This document shows, piece by piece, positions 1 through 14,496 of a stretch of DNA of 64,000 nt. The notes beneath the pieces are model-generated. The model was given only the letters and a program-made list of their open reading frames with translations. It had not been told where the DNA came from and did not search any database. The position numbers and the translations under genes are program-made. Numbering within the stretch: the first letter of the stretch is position 1; each line of letters begins with the position of its first letter. The stretch comes from Squalus acanthias (taxonomy: Eukaryota): positions 27,778,001-27,842,000 of the forward strand of contig CM059432.1 of NCBI GenBank assembly GCA_030390025.1. Direction: 5' to 3'.

Positions 1-590
1 ATTGCCTGGCACTTGTGTGGCGCAAATGTTACCTGCCACTGATCAGCCCAAGCCTGAATGTTGTCCAGGTCTTGTTGCATGCGGGCATGGACTGCTTCAT
101 TATCTGAGGAGTTGCGAATGGCACTGAACACTGTGCAGTCATCAGCGCACATCCCCATTTCTGACCTTGTGTTGGAGGGAAGGTCATTGATGAAGCAGCT
201 GAAGATGGTTGGGCCTAGGACACTGCCCTGAGGAACTCCTGCAGTGATGTCCTGGGGCTGTGATGATTGATCTCCAACCGCCCCAACCATCTTCCTTTGT
301 GCTAGGTATGACTCCAGCCAGTGAGTTTCCCCCGCGCCAATTCCCATTGACTTCAGTTTTACTAGGGCTCCTTGATGCCACACTCGGGTTAAATGCTGCC
401 TTGATGTCAAGGGCAGTCATTCGCACCTCACCTTTGAAATTCAGCTCTTTTGTCCATGTTTGGACCAAGGCTGTAATGAGGTCTGGAGCCGAGTGGTCCT
501 GAAGAACCCAAACTGGGCATCAGTGAGCAGGTTATTGGTGAGTAAGTGTCGCTTGATAGCACTGTCGACGACACCTTCCATCACTTTGCT
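1..590 (-). mobile_element. Non-LTR retrotransposon RT fragment (clade undetermined)
   Basis: ALDIKAAF motif and GVPQGSVLGPTIFSCFINDL in shifted frames. Confidence 0.8.
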
Positions 591-1139
591 GATATAAGGC
601 TTGTGAAGCTGGTGTCACTGTAAAGTTGTAGGGAGGACTTGTAAACAGCTGTGACTTCATGGGTATTTAGAGTTAAGGAATTGTGATTCTCCCCCAGTCT
701 AACTTACTTGTTTCTTTCTCCTTTCCCCATAAAAATATGTTTATGGAATATTTTTCTATATTCCTCATGTTTGGGACTGATCTTGCCAAATCTGATATTG
801 TTGGAAAAATATGAGCTGTCATTTTGAAGAGGGGAGCTTTTCACGATCCTTTCCTATCTCCTTGAATCCTTTTCTATCAAATCATTACAAAATTAGGATG
901 TGCCTTTGATTTTAAACAGTGAAAGTTGGTGATCTCCTCCATGAACCAACTTAATTACTGAGTTTGAGATTGAGTTGATTAATGCAGCATGCATCATTTC
1001 AGCTGTGATTCCATTCCAGTCCCAGTAACCCTGAGCTAGTTTCCATGTATTGTGTGCAGTACTGGTCACTATACAATGGAAATTATGTTGTGCTCCTTGC
1101 TTTGTGCAACAAGGACAGGACAATAAGATCACAAGAAAA

Positions 1140-2040
1140 CTATGAATATGAGCACCATTTGGCTCCCCTTAGCTTGTCTTTCCAAAAAGATTAATAAGCT
1201 TTTGAATTTCTAAAGTTTTGGCCTTCATTATTTCAAACCTATGACCCCTGTTCTACAGTAGGTGAACAAAATGTTTAATAACTTGGATGCTTCTATACGG
1301 TTTCTCCACCTCCTCCCCATCTTCACCTATTGCTGACTTTTGAATTTGATGAAACCCAGTTTCTTTAATCTATCTTCATGGCCAGCATCTAAAGACTGAG
1401 CTATCAACCTTTTATGGCCCTTAGCGTCCAGGACTTGAATATTTCTCTCGTGTCTTGGTGATCAAAACTGGACACTAGTCTAGGTGTCCTCTAACTAGAA
1501 CATAATGAAGTTATAGCACAACATCCTCAGACTGGTACCCTACTAATTTTGGCACTAGTTTAGCATTGTTTGCTTTTAATTGCTGCTCTACAGACAGTGC
1601 TTTGACATGCCAAATCTACTAACTTCTCCAGATCTCTCTTGACCTCCCCTCTACGTATTTCTGCATTTTGTATGCAACATTTTTTTTCCCCGTATGTTGT
1701 ACCATACCTTTTTTTGAATCTGCATTAAATTTTATTTGCACTGTTCTGCTCATTTACAGATTTCTACCTAACTCCTCTAAGTCTGTGTGGTTATTTTTGC
1801 CTGAATCGACCTTTTTATCTCCAACTTGGCAAGTTTGAGTCCAGGTTGTTGATCTAAATTTAGAAATGGTTGAGGCCCCAGCATCAAGCCTTTGGGTGCT
1901 TCATTTAGTACCTCCAACCTCACTCAAACACCTACTGCATTTTTTTTTTCAGTCAATTACTTGTCCATTTCCAGATTTTTGCCATATATCCCCACCCACT
2001 GTTTGAGTTAGCCAGCAACCTTTTGCGAGGAGCCTTTTTT
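1140..2040 (-). mobile_element. Highly decayed CR1-like RT fragment
   Basis: Residual similarity to the CR1 RT C-terminal region (RGHLD..VQF.SP); many indels. Confidence 0.5.
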
Positions 2041-3599
2041 TTAACTGGAAGTCTAAGGACAAAGAGTTCTAAAGTTAATGTCTAATATTGGATATCTAAG
2101 TTAAGGGAGAGATGATGTGTTGGGGAAGAGATTTTCAGGTAACCTAATACAAATGTCCAGATTTATGAAGGGGTTTGATGAAGTTGATCAAGGCACATTT
2201 TTCATATTAAGTTAGCTTTGCTGGATATTGGCCATATTGTAAGATGGGAACATTGTAGAGTAGAAGAGATTTCCACCATAAATTTGTTACTTCCTTATAG
2301 ACGTGAAATTCGCAAGAAAAGAAATGTTAGTCTCTCTTGGCAGCCTCATTGCTGATCCAGCACTGCTCTTTATAACCTATAGCTTAACAAACACTTGATT
2401 TGTATCTGTTTAAACTCCTAGAAAACTGAAGAAATAACCAATCTTAAATGATTTTTTGGACAGACTTATTTCTGTCTTGCTGGTGTTAACTGCAATCCAG
2501 TTGGCTTTCCAACAATGTCCCATTTGGAAGTCTCTACCTACAAGTTTGGCTCTAGTATATAATACTTGAATCTTGAGAGGATTTCAGCAACAGATGGGGG
2601 AAGAGAATGACACTTAGTGATCTTTACATTGGATTACTGCCTATGGAAACACATTCTTCCCCCCCCCCCCCCCCCCCAGGATAGTACTTAATATTGATCA
2701 GTGTGGTAAACAGCCTGACTGACACACAGCTGACGTTTGTGTAAATGACCACCATATGTTCACCCTCCCTTGTATGTGCACAACACGTAGACTACAATTC
2801 AGTAAAGAGATTAAGTGTTGTAAGCTGTTTTTGTGGAGTGGGGGGAGGGAGAGGAGCAGGGATGCAAAATCTACAGATCCTTAATTGATACAGACAGTCA
2901 ACACTGAGTTAAGTACTTGTGATTACTGTACTGTATAGGAAGCTTAAGCTGCATATTTTATGTTCAGTAGTAAACAACAACTACTTCTATTCATATCATG
3001 CCTTTTTTTATTTTGGCGCTTTACAGAATGCAAAGAATGAACAAATGTCAAACCCATGAGAGAGGTGATCATAATCTGCCCAAAGAAAAATGGAGTTTTA
3101 AGGAGCTTTTAAGAGTGGAGAAAGAAAGGAGATGGGTCAGGGCAGTTGTGTAGGGCTGAGGGCAGTTGTCAAGGGCTGAGGGAGCTGAAGGCTCTATCAT
3201 AGATGGTGGAGAAGGCCTGAGGCAGAATAACAAAGGGTGTGGGAGGGGAATAATGGCTGGAGGAGGACAAAAAAATAATTAATTTTGGGTTGGGGATGGT
3301 GTAGGCTAGTGAGGAGGTGGGTGATGAGCAAAATAGGGTTGAGTACAGAACAAGATTTGGACAAGTTAGTTTGTGGAGGGTGAGAGGCTGACAATCTTCC
3401 CCAAAGTGACACAAATCGAAATCAACCCATTTTGGTTTCTCATTTCCTCTAATGTCTCAAACTAAAGGCATTGTGTTACAAGTTTTTGTATGAATGCTAA
3501 AAGCATTTCAACTGCATTTGTTGGGCAAGAAAAAAGGTGTTATACTCGTGTCCCCCCTCATTTTCCCTAACTTCTCTAATTTAAATATTTTGTTCACCT

Positions 3600-3960
3600 G
3601 TACACAGCTTAGTTCCTTCATTTAAAATACTTCAACCAAGTATCCCTGAAGTCTATGCTCTCAAGTAAAGTGATCCAGCTCTTTGAGCCTATCATGATTG
3701 CTAAAGGTTTTTAGACTAGGTATTAATCTTGTGGCTCTCCTCTGAAGCTTTTCTAGGGCCTCTATATCTCCTGCCATGTGAGGGGACCAGAACTGGGACC
3801 AGAACTGGGCACAGTGTTCGAGATGGGACCTAACCAAGGCCTTGTATAGAGGCAGTATGGTGCTCTTTGTTTTGTGTTGTATTGTCTTAGCTATACATCC
3901 TAATACTAATTTGCGTTCCCTATAGTCTATTGGCTCTAATCGTGGATCTTCGTCTCTTGC
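3600..3960 (-). mobile_element. CR1-like RT C-terminal fragment
   Basis: LYKALVRSHLEHCAQFWS..LEKLQRRATRLIP. Confidence 0.8.
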
Positions 3961-5039
3961 ACTATAACACTCCTTTCCTATTCCTTTCAATAGATGTTAA
4001 TTCCGAGAATAAGGCCAGAATTTTGTGGGTTGGGGGGGCGGCTCCGTTAAAGTCGGCAGGGCCTGTGGGAGGCCGGGTTTCCCGCAGGCCCTGTCGACTT
4101 TAACGGCAGGGCCTGACTTGCAGGCAAGGCCTCAGTTTCCCGCCCGCAGCCAGCCAGCCTCTCAATCTGTATAGGCCTTCGTTTGGACAGAGGAGGGAGG
4201 GAGGGTTCCCGTGAGGGCCGGGCTGTTAAATGAATTTGTGGGGGTGGGGGAGAAGACCGGAGGCCAGGCGGAGGATTGGAGGGGTGGGGAAGAGAGAGAG
4301 GATCAGTGGCTGGGGAAAGGATCGGGGTGGGGGGGGGTGGTTGGCCAGGATTGTGTCGTTAAAAGGATTGGGGGGGGGGGGTGGAGGGAGGTGTGTGAGC
4401 GAGGATCGGGGCCAAATTACTATTGTGCGTATAATGTACAATTCTACAGTGCATCTTCTGCACAAGTTTTAATTGTAATGGATATAGTGTGCCATAAAAT
4501 ACTTCGGTTTTCCAAAGAAAATACCACCTGGAGTATTGTAAGCTGCTGACTGGGAGAGCAGACGTGTGTCTCCTGGGTCACAGTGGTGTTGCAGTAACGT
4601 GGTTCATTCTGATATTTACCAAACCATGCAAATTGCATTTTTGTTTAGTGAAGTACTTGATAAGAAGGATGGTATTCCTTTAATTCTGGGTTCATAATGA
4701 GTGGGGAAGTGTAACTGGAGAGACCACCTGCCAGTGTTTGTATGGCTAATGAGTCTTGTTTTGGGTTGTGGACACCTGCCCAGTCTGTTATTACCTGTAG
4801 TACTTTTTAAAATATTTTCTAGTGCACTCTGTGCCATGGAAATTAATGTTAGCACACTTGGAAACGGGAAGTAAACCTCCCATGTTAGAACACTCTCCAC
4901 CACTGGGGACCATTCAAATAGCTTTACCCTGTGAAAGTATGTTGTACATTTCAAATGACTGACACATTTCTTCTGGGATTTCATGGTGTCCAGTATATGG
5001 GGATCCAATTTGCTCTACTTTGCCAGGTTTCTTTTTATT

Positions 5040-5252
5040 TGTTGTGAATCTTTGCAATTCTCTACCCCAGCGAGCTGTGGATGCTCCGTTGTTGAGTATA
5101 ATCAAGACCGAGATCGATAGATTTTTGGATACTAAGGGAATGGAGATAGTGCAGGAAGGTGAAGTTGAGGTAGAAGATCAGCCATGATCTTATTGAGTGG
5201 CAGAGCAGGCTCAGCAGGCCAAATGGCCGCCTACTGCTCCTATTTCTTATGT
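5040..5252 (+). mobile_element. CR1 3' end fragment
   Basis: GATCAGCCATGATC..CCTACT/GCTCCTATTTCTTATG tail. Confidence 0.8.
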
Positions 5253-6925
5253 TGTTAGCACATCGGCAAGGATGCATTTATTGCCTACCCCTAGTTGCCG
5301 TGAGAAAGGCCAAATCATGGAGATCAAGATTTTTGGGGGGGTGGGGTGTTTGGGAGAGAGAATGGTTTCCCATTCTTTGCCTGCTCATGGCTGGCCCCCT
5401 GGTTCTTGGAACTTCTCACACAACAGCTGCTGATGCAAAACCACAAATGAATACCACAACTGCAGGGAACTCCACCTATAGGGTAAATCCAATAACATTT
5501 GTAGGTGTCATGTGGTCAGGACATCATGTGGTCAAACCACCAAGAATGCCTCCAACCAGACTTGGCAACCTACTCCACCAGTACATGAAGTACTGATGAG
5601 TAGCTAACAGCTCCCCACCCCCCACCAACACTTCAAGTAGCTGCAGCACACAGAGGAAGCGGGTCCCAGGCACAAATATGCAGAACATTAATCACCGCCC
5701 CCAAATTTGGCTGGAATCTCTCAGGCACTCCACAGCAGCCACCTCACCCTGTGGAGGCTGCCAGTGTAACAGATTGCAGGGTCAGGAAAATCCTTTCTCA
5801 TTGCCATCCCGGGGTCCTTTTCCAATGAACTGGAAAACCCAACAAACAGAAAATGAACTGAAATCACATCCCGCTGTCAGGGATCCAGAATTAGGCACAA
5901 TCCCAGGTGAGGTTGAATAAAAAAGACACTGCAGGAGATAGTCAATCCAGGATATTTGGCTCATCCAGTTTGGAATGACCATTTTGAAAGTAAGGACACC
6001 TGATGCAAGTCCCTTGGGCGTCCCTAATTTACAGGTTTCACTGTACGTTATAATTGTTTCTTTTGACAATGAAGTTTTTGCTCAATTGCCTTTTGGGGAC
6101 TGGGCCTGTTGTACAGATCATTTAATTAAAAAAAAACCTTTTGCTTGCATTTCATAATTCTTCACATACGATGAACTATGTTGTGTAATGACATATACAG
6201 ATGAACAAGGCATCGTAATGCATATAACATACCAGAAATAAAAATGAGCTGAATGACTGACTAGTTGGTCTGGGTTTTTGTTAGGATTGAAGGAAAAATG
6301 TTGGTCAGAACACTGGAGGAACTTTCTGCTCCTCTTTGAATAGTGCCATGTGATTGTCAAACATCTACCAGATTAGAGGCAGATGGGATCTAAGTTTAAT
6401 ATTTAATTCAGCACCTCTGACAATGCAGCATTTCATTAGTACTGCACTGGAGTAGCGGGCTAGATTATGTGCTCCAGAACTTGAATCTTCAATTTCTGAC
6501 TCTGGCAAGAGTGCGAGCAACTGAGCCAAGCTGACCTAAGCAGCTTGTATGTTAGTGAATTGATAAAGAAAATAAAACCTTGCACAATTAGTAAGTAAAT
6601 TAATTTACCTTGAGCTTGTGATTACCACCTTCTGGACATTTAGATTGCAGTCCTGCTTTGAAGCTGGTGTGAGTTAGTTATATCACCTTGGTTATATTTT
6701 TTGCACCCCAGTTAAATGTAGCAACCTAACTTTTTTTTTGGTCTTCACAAACAGTGTTGGCCTATTGGCAGTACACAGGCACTCACTTTTTGGACAAATT
6801 GAAACTACTGTCTATATCTCAATCTATCTTAATTTGATTTTGTTCAATTTTGCTATTGCACATATAATCTATAGACACTGGAAAAGCATGTGATGACTAA
6901 CTGCTAATGCTGATCTCTTCCACAG

Positions 6926-7031
6926 GAGCATGATATTGAAACTCCATTTGGTGTTGTTCGCATCGCAGTGCGTGGGACACCTAAAGGAAGTCAGCCAGTC
7001 ATACTCACGTTTCATGACATTGGGATGAATC
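6926..7031 (+). CDS. NDRG1: NDRG1 coding exon (EHDIETPFGVVRIAVRGTPKGSQPVILTFHDIGMN)
   Basis: cacag acceptor, gtaag donor, 106 bp; translation matches the NDRG N-terminal alpha/beta-hydrolase motif ILTxHDIGMNH. First exon I could identify; upstream coding exons not found. Confidence 0.95.
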
Positions 7032-7471
7032 GTAAGTAACAATTCCTACACAATCTCAATATATTGATTGCATTGCCAATCATAAGCAGCTTCTGCATGC
7101 TGCTTGCAGTTATTCCTCAAATAAGTAAGACCAGAATTTGAGGGGAAGACCCATTAAAGATCTTTCTTCTCCTCCTTTAGTCTGCATGCTATTTATGGGC
7201 AAGAGGGCAGGAACGGTCCCCCAGCAGTCGATGAGGGATTCCAGAGCAGTCTGGGCGGGCTGGGGATTCCCTTGCGTCACATTCAGGATCGGGGAGGGCT
7301 GGGGATTACTTTGCGGGGGTGGGGAAAGGGGGAAAGGAAGGTTGAGGCCGGGGCTGGGTTAAAATAGAGGTATGTCTGTCTCTAAATTGTAACTTCAATG
7401 GGATGGGGCAATTTGATTTAACTCACTAGCTTAGCTTAATATAATCAAATTGCTAAGCCACTAGACTTTGA

Positions 7472-7890
7472 TATAGAAACATAGAATCTAGGAGCAGGAG
7501 TAGGCCATTCGGCCCGTCGAGCCTGCTCCGCCATTCAATACGATCATGGCTGATCATCCAAATCCAGTACCCTGTCCCTGCTTTAATCCCCACAGTACAC
7601 ATATCCCACCCTACCCCCGTAACCCCACGTATTTAATTCCCCCTAACATATCCCATCCTATCCCCATAACCCCACATATTTAATCCCCCCTAACACTAAG
7701 GGTCAATTTATCATAGCCAAATAAACCTAACCCACACATTTTTGGACTGTGGGAGGAAACCGGAGCACCCGGAGGAAACCCACGCAGACACGGGGAGACT
7801 GTGCAAACTCCACACAGACAGTCACCCGAGGTCAGATTCGAACCCGGGTCTCTGGCGCTGTGAGGCACCAGTGCTAACCACTATGCCACC
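7472..7890 (-). mobile_element. tRNA-derived V-SINE (HE1-like), near-identical to 49787-50220
   Basis: Reverse complement of the same head, V-domain and CR1 tail. Confidence 0.9.
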
Positions 7891-8894
7891 ACTATATCTG
7901 GCAGTGTTGGAGGTTTCTAATGCAGCTTATGTATATTTTAAAGCAGAAAGTCAGCAGCAGGTTCCTGGCCAGGTTACTGTAACAGCTAGATGTAAATGGG
8001 TCACAAATACTAGCTCAATCTAATACCATTTAGTGGTATTCTAATCTGGGATTAATCTAGTCCTTTATAATCTTTTAATTGTTTAGCCAGATGCTTTTTA
8101 AATGTACTATTTGTGCCTTTCAAGCAAGCTGATTGAGCACTGTAAACCTGTTGAGTTTAGCACTTTTTTTAGTTGATTACAGCTCTGAAATGCTGTGGGA
8201 TGGTTTTTCTATTTTGAAGGCACTAAATAAATGTAAGTTGTGGTGCTTTTGGATTTGCTCACTTTTTGATTCTCCACTACTTTTCATTTTTTAATGTATT
8301 TTATTGCACACCCTTTAATTTTGCTCAGATTAAATGGGCCAATTGCTTTTCTACCGTAGCTACTTTCTATTATTGTGTTCTTTTGGGGATCTAAGTTGTG
8401 CTGCTTCTTGTCTCCCATTACCTTTCCTCCTACAATTTTCAAGCATTTAAAGTCCACACTTGGCTTTGCCTGACCACTACTACTTCATTTATCTGAACAT
8501 CATCTCTCCTCTCTCCAACCTTGTAGAGTGTTTGAGCCTTAGATCGTCACATTGATTTTTTTTTTACATAAACTTGCATGAACTGAATAGATTTCCTGTT
8601 GAATGTATAGTTTAAAAAAAACTACTTTACCATGCAGTGATACTATTAATGTGTAACCTGAAAACGTATAACTTTGCACACACTAGCTTCATATCTTAAA
8701 GAACAGCTAAAGGTACAGTGCGCAAAATAAAAACTGATTTATTGATGCCTGGTATCCAAAAACATAATTATGTACAGGATCTGTCTGCAATTTATTAAAT
8801 AACTTTTTTAATGCAATTCAAATCGAGCCAAGGCATTTGGTACTTCTGTCTTATCTGGGGAGGCATCTCACACTCGTGGACAGAATCATATAGT

Positions 8895-10148
8895 CTTAAA
8901 CACAGGTACTAAAAAGATTGGCAGCGCTCAAAGTAGAAAAGTCACCACGTCCAGATGAGAGGCATCCTAGGTTATGGAGGGAAGTAAGGGTGGAAACTGT
9001 AGTGGCTCTGGCCACAATCTTCCAATCCTCCTTAGCTATGGGAATGGTGCCGGAGGACTGGAGGATTGCAAATGTTACACCCCTGTTCAAAAAGGGGAGA
9101 GGGATAAACCCAGCAACTACAGGCCAGTCAGCCTAATGTCAGTGGTGGGAAACATTTAGAGACATTGGGGGTAATTTTAACCCCCAAAAACAGGTGAGTT
9201 TGGATCGGGCGAGAAGTTAAGATTTCAAACACGCCCAGTTACGGTTTTAACTGAGACAGGATGGTTGGTAACTGCTTTTAAGGAGTTTGTGTAGCTCCAT
9301 TTTTAATAAGCTTTTTATCTTTAATTTCGGCCGGGTTTCCTGTGCCTTGGAAAACTCGGCAGGTAAAATGAGGCGAAGGGCTGGAAAAGTGAAGTTATTC
9401 ACTTTGATGGGAAGAATGAGGAGAAGCAATATAAACTAAATGGTATAATTTTAAAGGGGATGCCGGAACAGACACCCGGAGATGTACGTACACAAGTCTT
9501 TGAAGGTGGCAGTGCAAGTTGAGAAGGCTGTTAAAAAGGCATATGGGATACTTGAGTTTATAAATGGAGGCATGAGTACAAAAGCAAGGGAGTTATGCTA
9601 GACCTTTTTATAAAACACTGGTCAGGCCCCAGCTGGAGTATTATGTCCAATTCTGGGCACCACATTTAGGAAAGATGTCACGGCTTTGGAGAGGGTGCAG
9701 AGGAGATTTACCAGGGATGAAAGACTTCAGTTACGTGGAGACACTAGAGAAACTGAGGTGGTTCTCCTTGGAGCAGAGAAGGTTAAGGGGAGATTTGTTA
9801 GAGGTGTTTACAATCATGACTGGTTTTGATAGAGTAAATAAGGAGAAACTGTTTCCAGCGGCAGAAGAGTCGGTAACCAGAAGATGCAGATTTAAGGTAA
9901 TTGGCAAAAGAACCAGAGGCGACATGAGGGGGGAAAAGAATTATGCAGTGAGTTGTTATGATCTGGAATGCCCTGCCTGAAAGCATGGTGGAAGCAGACT
10001 CAATAATAACTATCCGAAGGGAATTGAATGCATACTTGAAGTGGAAACATTTGCAGGGCTATGGGGAAAGAGCGGGACTAATTGGATACCTCTTTCAAAG
10101 CACAGGCACGATGGGCCGAATGGCCTCCTTCTGTGCTGTATCATTCTA
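8895..10148 (+). mobile_element. CR1 fragment, internally deleted and interrupted at ~9165-9390
   Basis: VPEDWRIANVTPLFKKG, then RT C-terminal region and 3' end. Confidence 0.85.
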
Positions 10149-10149
10149 A

Positions 10150-10680
10150 GAAGGCTCCTAATGGAATCTGCTTCCACCGCCCTTTCAGGTAGTGTGTTCC
10201 AAACCTTAACAACCCTCTGTGTAGGGGGAAAACAAAATCTCCTAATTGCTCCTACTTCTTTTGCCAATTATTTTAAATCTGTGACCTCTGGTTACTGACC
10301 CACTTGCCAGAGGAAACCGCATCTCCCTACTTTCTCTATCAAAACCCCTTATAACTTTGAATACCTCTCTGCTCTAAGAACAATTCCAGCTTCTCCAATC
10401 TCCACATAAGTGAAGTCCCTCAAACCTGGTGGTATCCTGGAAACCACCTCTGTACATTCTCCAAGGCCTTGACAGCCTTCCTAAAGTGTGGTGCCCAGAA
10501 TTATGTACAATATTCCAGCTGATGTGTAACCAGTAATTTGTGAAGTTTTAGCATGACTGACTTGTTTTTTTATTCAATGCCCCTATTTACGAAGCCAAGT
10601 ATCTTGTATGCTTTTTTAACCACCTTATCAACTTGCCCTGCCATCTTCAAAGATTTCTGAATATGCACCCCCCAGGTTTC
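10150..10680 (-). mobile_element. CR1 3' fragment tail-to-tail with the previous copy
   Basis: Reverse complement of the ~9500-10000 region. Confidence 0.8.
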
Positions 10681-11886
10681 TCTGCTCTTGCACCCCCCTT
10701 GAATTGGGGGGGGGGGGGGTTTACAGGAAAATGTAGCCTGGGTGATCCTAATTGTGGTCATTACATGTCTAAATTTTCCTGTCTTCCTCTTGATCTTCAA
10801 ATACATCTTCCATTTTTATTTTACTACATGCATCCATTCTTTGTTAATTTAGAGCTGACCATATTGCCTGTCATCCAGGTTTGTCAAATCATTTTAAAGT
10901 GCAACAGCATTTACCCATTTCCTTCCTCCAAATATGGGATGCTGTTTAAAAAGCGCCAAAACTAACACCGGTTATCGTCTGCTCTTTTGTGGTGAGCATG
11001 TATATGATTCTTTACCTTCTTGCTTACAAAAGAAAATTCTTGTTCTGTATCATCTTTGTAGGTAATCATCTGTTTTTCATAATGAGTAAATTAAAGTTTC
11101 CTCAGTCGGAGCTTCTAAATTAATTTGGATTTTACAGTACGATCATGTTTGAACATTGTAATAGTGTTTATAGCAAGCTGGTAACATGAATCTGTTCAAA
11201 TATGCAGTCCGAATTCTTGCCTTGCAGGCTAAGACTTGTATGCAAAGCATTATGGGTTTTGTTAAACCTGTTGGTAGCAGCACACTTTGAATACAGTACA
11301 TTTTAACTGTGAGCTTTGATCTTTTAAGCTATGTTGTAACTTACAGTATGAGAATAATTAGGAGCTGTATATAATTAGAAAAGCTATAAGGTGTAGAATA
11401 GTTTCAAGAAATAGATTAGGGAAATGTTTTATACTTTAAGCATGGCAGATTCTAAGTTTTAAAACTCCAGCTTTTTTTGCCTTGCATATCAAGATAACAT
11501 CTATTTTTGAAGCTCATGCATAGGTTGACCTGGATGCCAAGTAAAGAACTTCATTGAGTTGAGCTTTAAAGGAAAATAAAACTATTCTAGCACTTATCCT
11601 AACTAGCCTTCTTTACTTGTTAAATCTACTTTTACGAATGTACTCGCAGCTGGCCTCGCATTTAAGAAAATTGCAGACGCACTGTCTTTGATTTTTTTCC
11701 ATCCCTTTACGCTAATGGATGGAAAACCATTTGCAGCTTGCAAGTGACTTCCTGATGTAGGTGGCCACCAGATGAGGCTCACTGTTAGTCGTGTGCACTT
11801 GTAAAATTGTCCCCATCGTCTAAGCCTTCTGAGTGTTCACTTAACCATTTGGTGCAAACTTCTAAAGTGTTTCCTCTTTTTTATAG

Positions 11887-12007
11887 ACAAATCCTGCTTT
11901 GACGCGCTCTTCAATTCTGAAGACATGCAAGAAATTACACTTCATTTTGCAGTTTTTCACATTGATGCACCTGGCCAGCAAGAGGGAGCTCCATCTTTTC
12001 CACCTGG
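11887..12007 (+). CDS. NDRG1: NDRG1 coding exon ([41 protein letters not shown])
   Basis: tatag acceptor, gtaag donor, 121 bp; phase fits previous exon; NDRG HxDAPGQ motif. Confidence 0.96.
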
Positions 12008-13251
12008 GTAAGGATGACCATTCCAAACCAGTACCTGAGTGTGTAATATAGTTACAGGCTTCTGAATTTGTAGCTTCTAGTAGTATAGAAGCAAACAAAA
12101 GATAACTAGCCAGCCTGACCTTTTCAACTGCAGAGTTGTAATGGCTAGTTGTTGGGGATTCCTCTGGCCAACTTCACTGTTTTGTTTGTTTATTTGAGGT
12201 AAACCGTGATATTTCTTGTACCTTATTCCACTGCTCATCTGGAATATGAATTGCTACAGGAGCATCTCTGACATATCTTCCATCAACCTCCCCTTCAGTC
12301 TTCTCCCTTTTTCCTCTGCCCTCTGTCCCTGAAGGCATTGATTCCTGTGGGAACAGATCCTTCCCACAAATATAGTTACCAAGCATAAGCCTAGGCAGTG
12401 TGTTGACAGGCTTTTCACAGCTAAGCCCAGTCCTGTCGTCCTCCCCACATTTTTGTAACCTGCAATTCTTTCAGGAGAGTTACTGATTACATATGGGAGT
12501 ACTGGCTGATTTTGATCCTCCTTTCCTAATCCAGGGCGCTGAGATCAATTTTACTGCATTACAGCTGAAATCGCTTAACTCAGGCCTGAGACCTTCCTGG
12601 TCTCTCGCTTCACTATTCACTATCTTAACCAGCTGAACCATTGGTGAAATGATGCAATGCATATTATCTTCAGCACCATGCTCTCAGCAAACTGTTCACG
12701 AGTGCAAGGGTTTCTTCCGAAAACCCCAGTATTCTTGTTTTCAGCAGCTAATCTATTCTTGTCTCATAACTTGGTAGCCAGATTTGGTTATTGCTTTTGT
12801 CACTTCATCAAATTTGCATGAACTACTGTGACAATAGGTGACCAAATTGTGACTGGACAAATCTATAGATTAAGGAGAATGCTTACAGTTTTGAGCAGTT
12901 ACATAATATTTAAGCAAATATTCCAGTCTGGATTTTATAGCAGGCTTTTAGACTACAAATTCGTAGGGTGAAATATTTTCATTTCACGTCACTACTGTTA
13001 AGTCACATTTTGAGCTAGATGACTGGGGAAGGTCACTATTGTGCAATGCCTGAGTCAAATCAACCTGTTCTCGATGCACACTTTCTGTTTGCTACCTCCA
13101 ATGTGACACATTGTTTTTAATAATCCATAATTTCAATAAAGGATATGGATTTAAGTAGTGATTTAAGTGTTTTGGATGAGAATCAAATAGTACTGTTTTG
13201 AAATTACTTGGAAGAAAATAGTAGTGTTAACTTTTTGCATCTGATTTGCAG

Positions 13252-13314
13252 ATACCAGTACCCATCAATGGACCAATTGGCTGAGATGCTTCCAGCTATT
13301 TTGAAGCATTTTGG
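13252..13314 (+). CDS. NDRG1: NDRG1 coding exon (YQYPSMDQLAEMLPAILKHFG)
   Basis: tgcag acceptor, gtaag donor, 63 bp; YPSMDQLAEML motif. Confidence 0.96.
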
Positions 13315-14241
13315 GTAAGGTTTCTAAGTCTAAAATTTTCATATTGCAGACCTCAATGATCCATTTAGCAAGACTTCAACCTAGTAATGTGCTGCAATTC
13401 TCAACCTGTGTCATTGTAATTGGTAGATATTCTGTTTTCATGAACCGTAGTACTTGAGTTTGCCACTGTTATTATATGCACTCTTCAGAACCTAGCTAAC
13501 AGACTAAACAATTGAGATGCGGGTGCTACAAATTTTACATGTTCAGTTACAATTTACTGATTATGTAACTTTTTGCCACCCCAGTTTTCTTTCCCCTTGT
13601 CCTGAAGGTGCCAACTTTTGCTGAGCCCAATCCTGTTCTGTTCTTACCCAATATTCACGAGTGCATGCTTGAGTGGCGATCACTTCATAAAAATTGAGCA
13701 AGGGATCCTAAATGATTTTTTTCCCTCCATTCTTCTCCGCTGTACTTTTTTCCAAGCACAGCACCATTGAAACCAATTGTAGTACTCCCAATTGCAACAT
13801 AAGTGAGATAAGCTAACTCTGGAGAGACCAGAAATGAAACCTGGGACAATCGTGTCTGTATGGTTTAGTATTGGATGAGACTGTCGATGCACTGAACAAT
13901 CCCATTAAACAGAGAAATATTTTCACTTCCTGTTGCTTTTTTTAAAGTGAAAATTAGTTTTGTGTTCCTTCTGACTTAGTCTCTCAGACCCCTCTATAAA
14001 GGTTTGAATACTATTAAGGTTTCAGTGTATTTTTCCTAATACTAGAAGACATCCATGTAAATAATCATATTTGCTGAAATAAATGCAGAAGCATTTGTCT
14101 ACTACACTGGTCCGAACTTTACAAACCGGGTCTCTTTAGGTCAAAATGAGTATTTTAGACCTTTTTGGCCGAAAATTGTATGATCATTGTATCTCGCCTG
14201 CTCTGGTGCAGCTGGCTAAAATGGTCTGATTTGTCTTTCAG

Positions 14242-14302
14242 TTTGAAGAGCATTATTGGAATAGGAATTGGAGCTGGTGCATATATCCTGACTAAATTTG
14301 CT
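14242..14302 (+). CDS. NDRG1: NDRG1 coding exon (LKSIIGIGIGAGAYILTKFA)
   Basis: ttcag acceptor, gtaag donor, 61 bp; degenerate nucleophile elbow GxGAG typical of NDRG pseudo-hydrolases. Confidence 0.96.
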
Positions 14303-14496
14303 GTAAGTTTGACAGAACTTCTTTTGTCCATTTTAATACTCTAGAGGTTTGCTGCCAGTAGAGAGCCTCATTCACCAGCAGTGCACATTAAAAATTCATG
14401 CGTGAATGGACTCATAATTTTACATTTACTTCTGTCGTACTGAAGTGAGTGTGCTACAAATAACATAAGCACTTCCATATCTTTTCTCTCTTTCAG

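Noticed and set aside
600..6900. Upstream short NDRG1 coding exons
   Set aside because: No candidate with convincing homology and splice sites; probably outside the window or too diverged to recognise.
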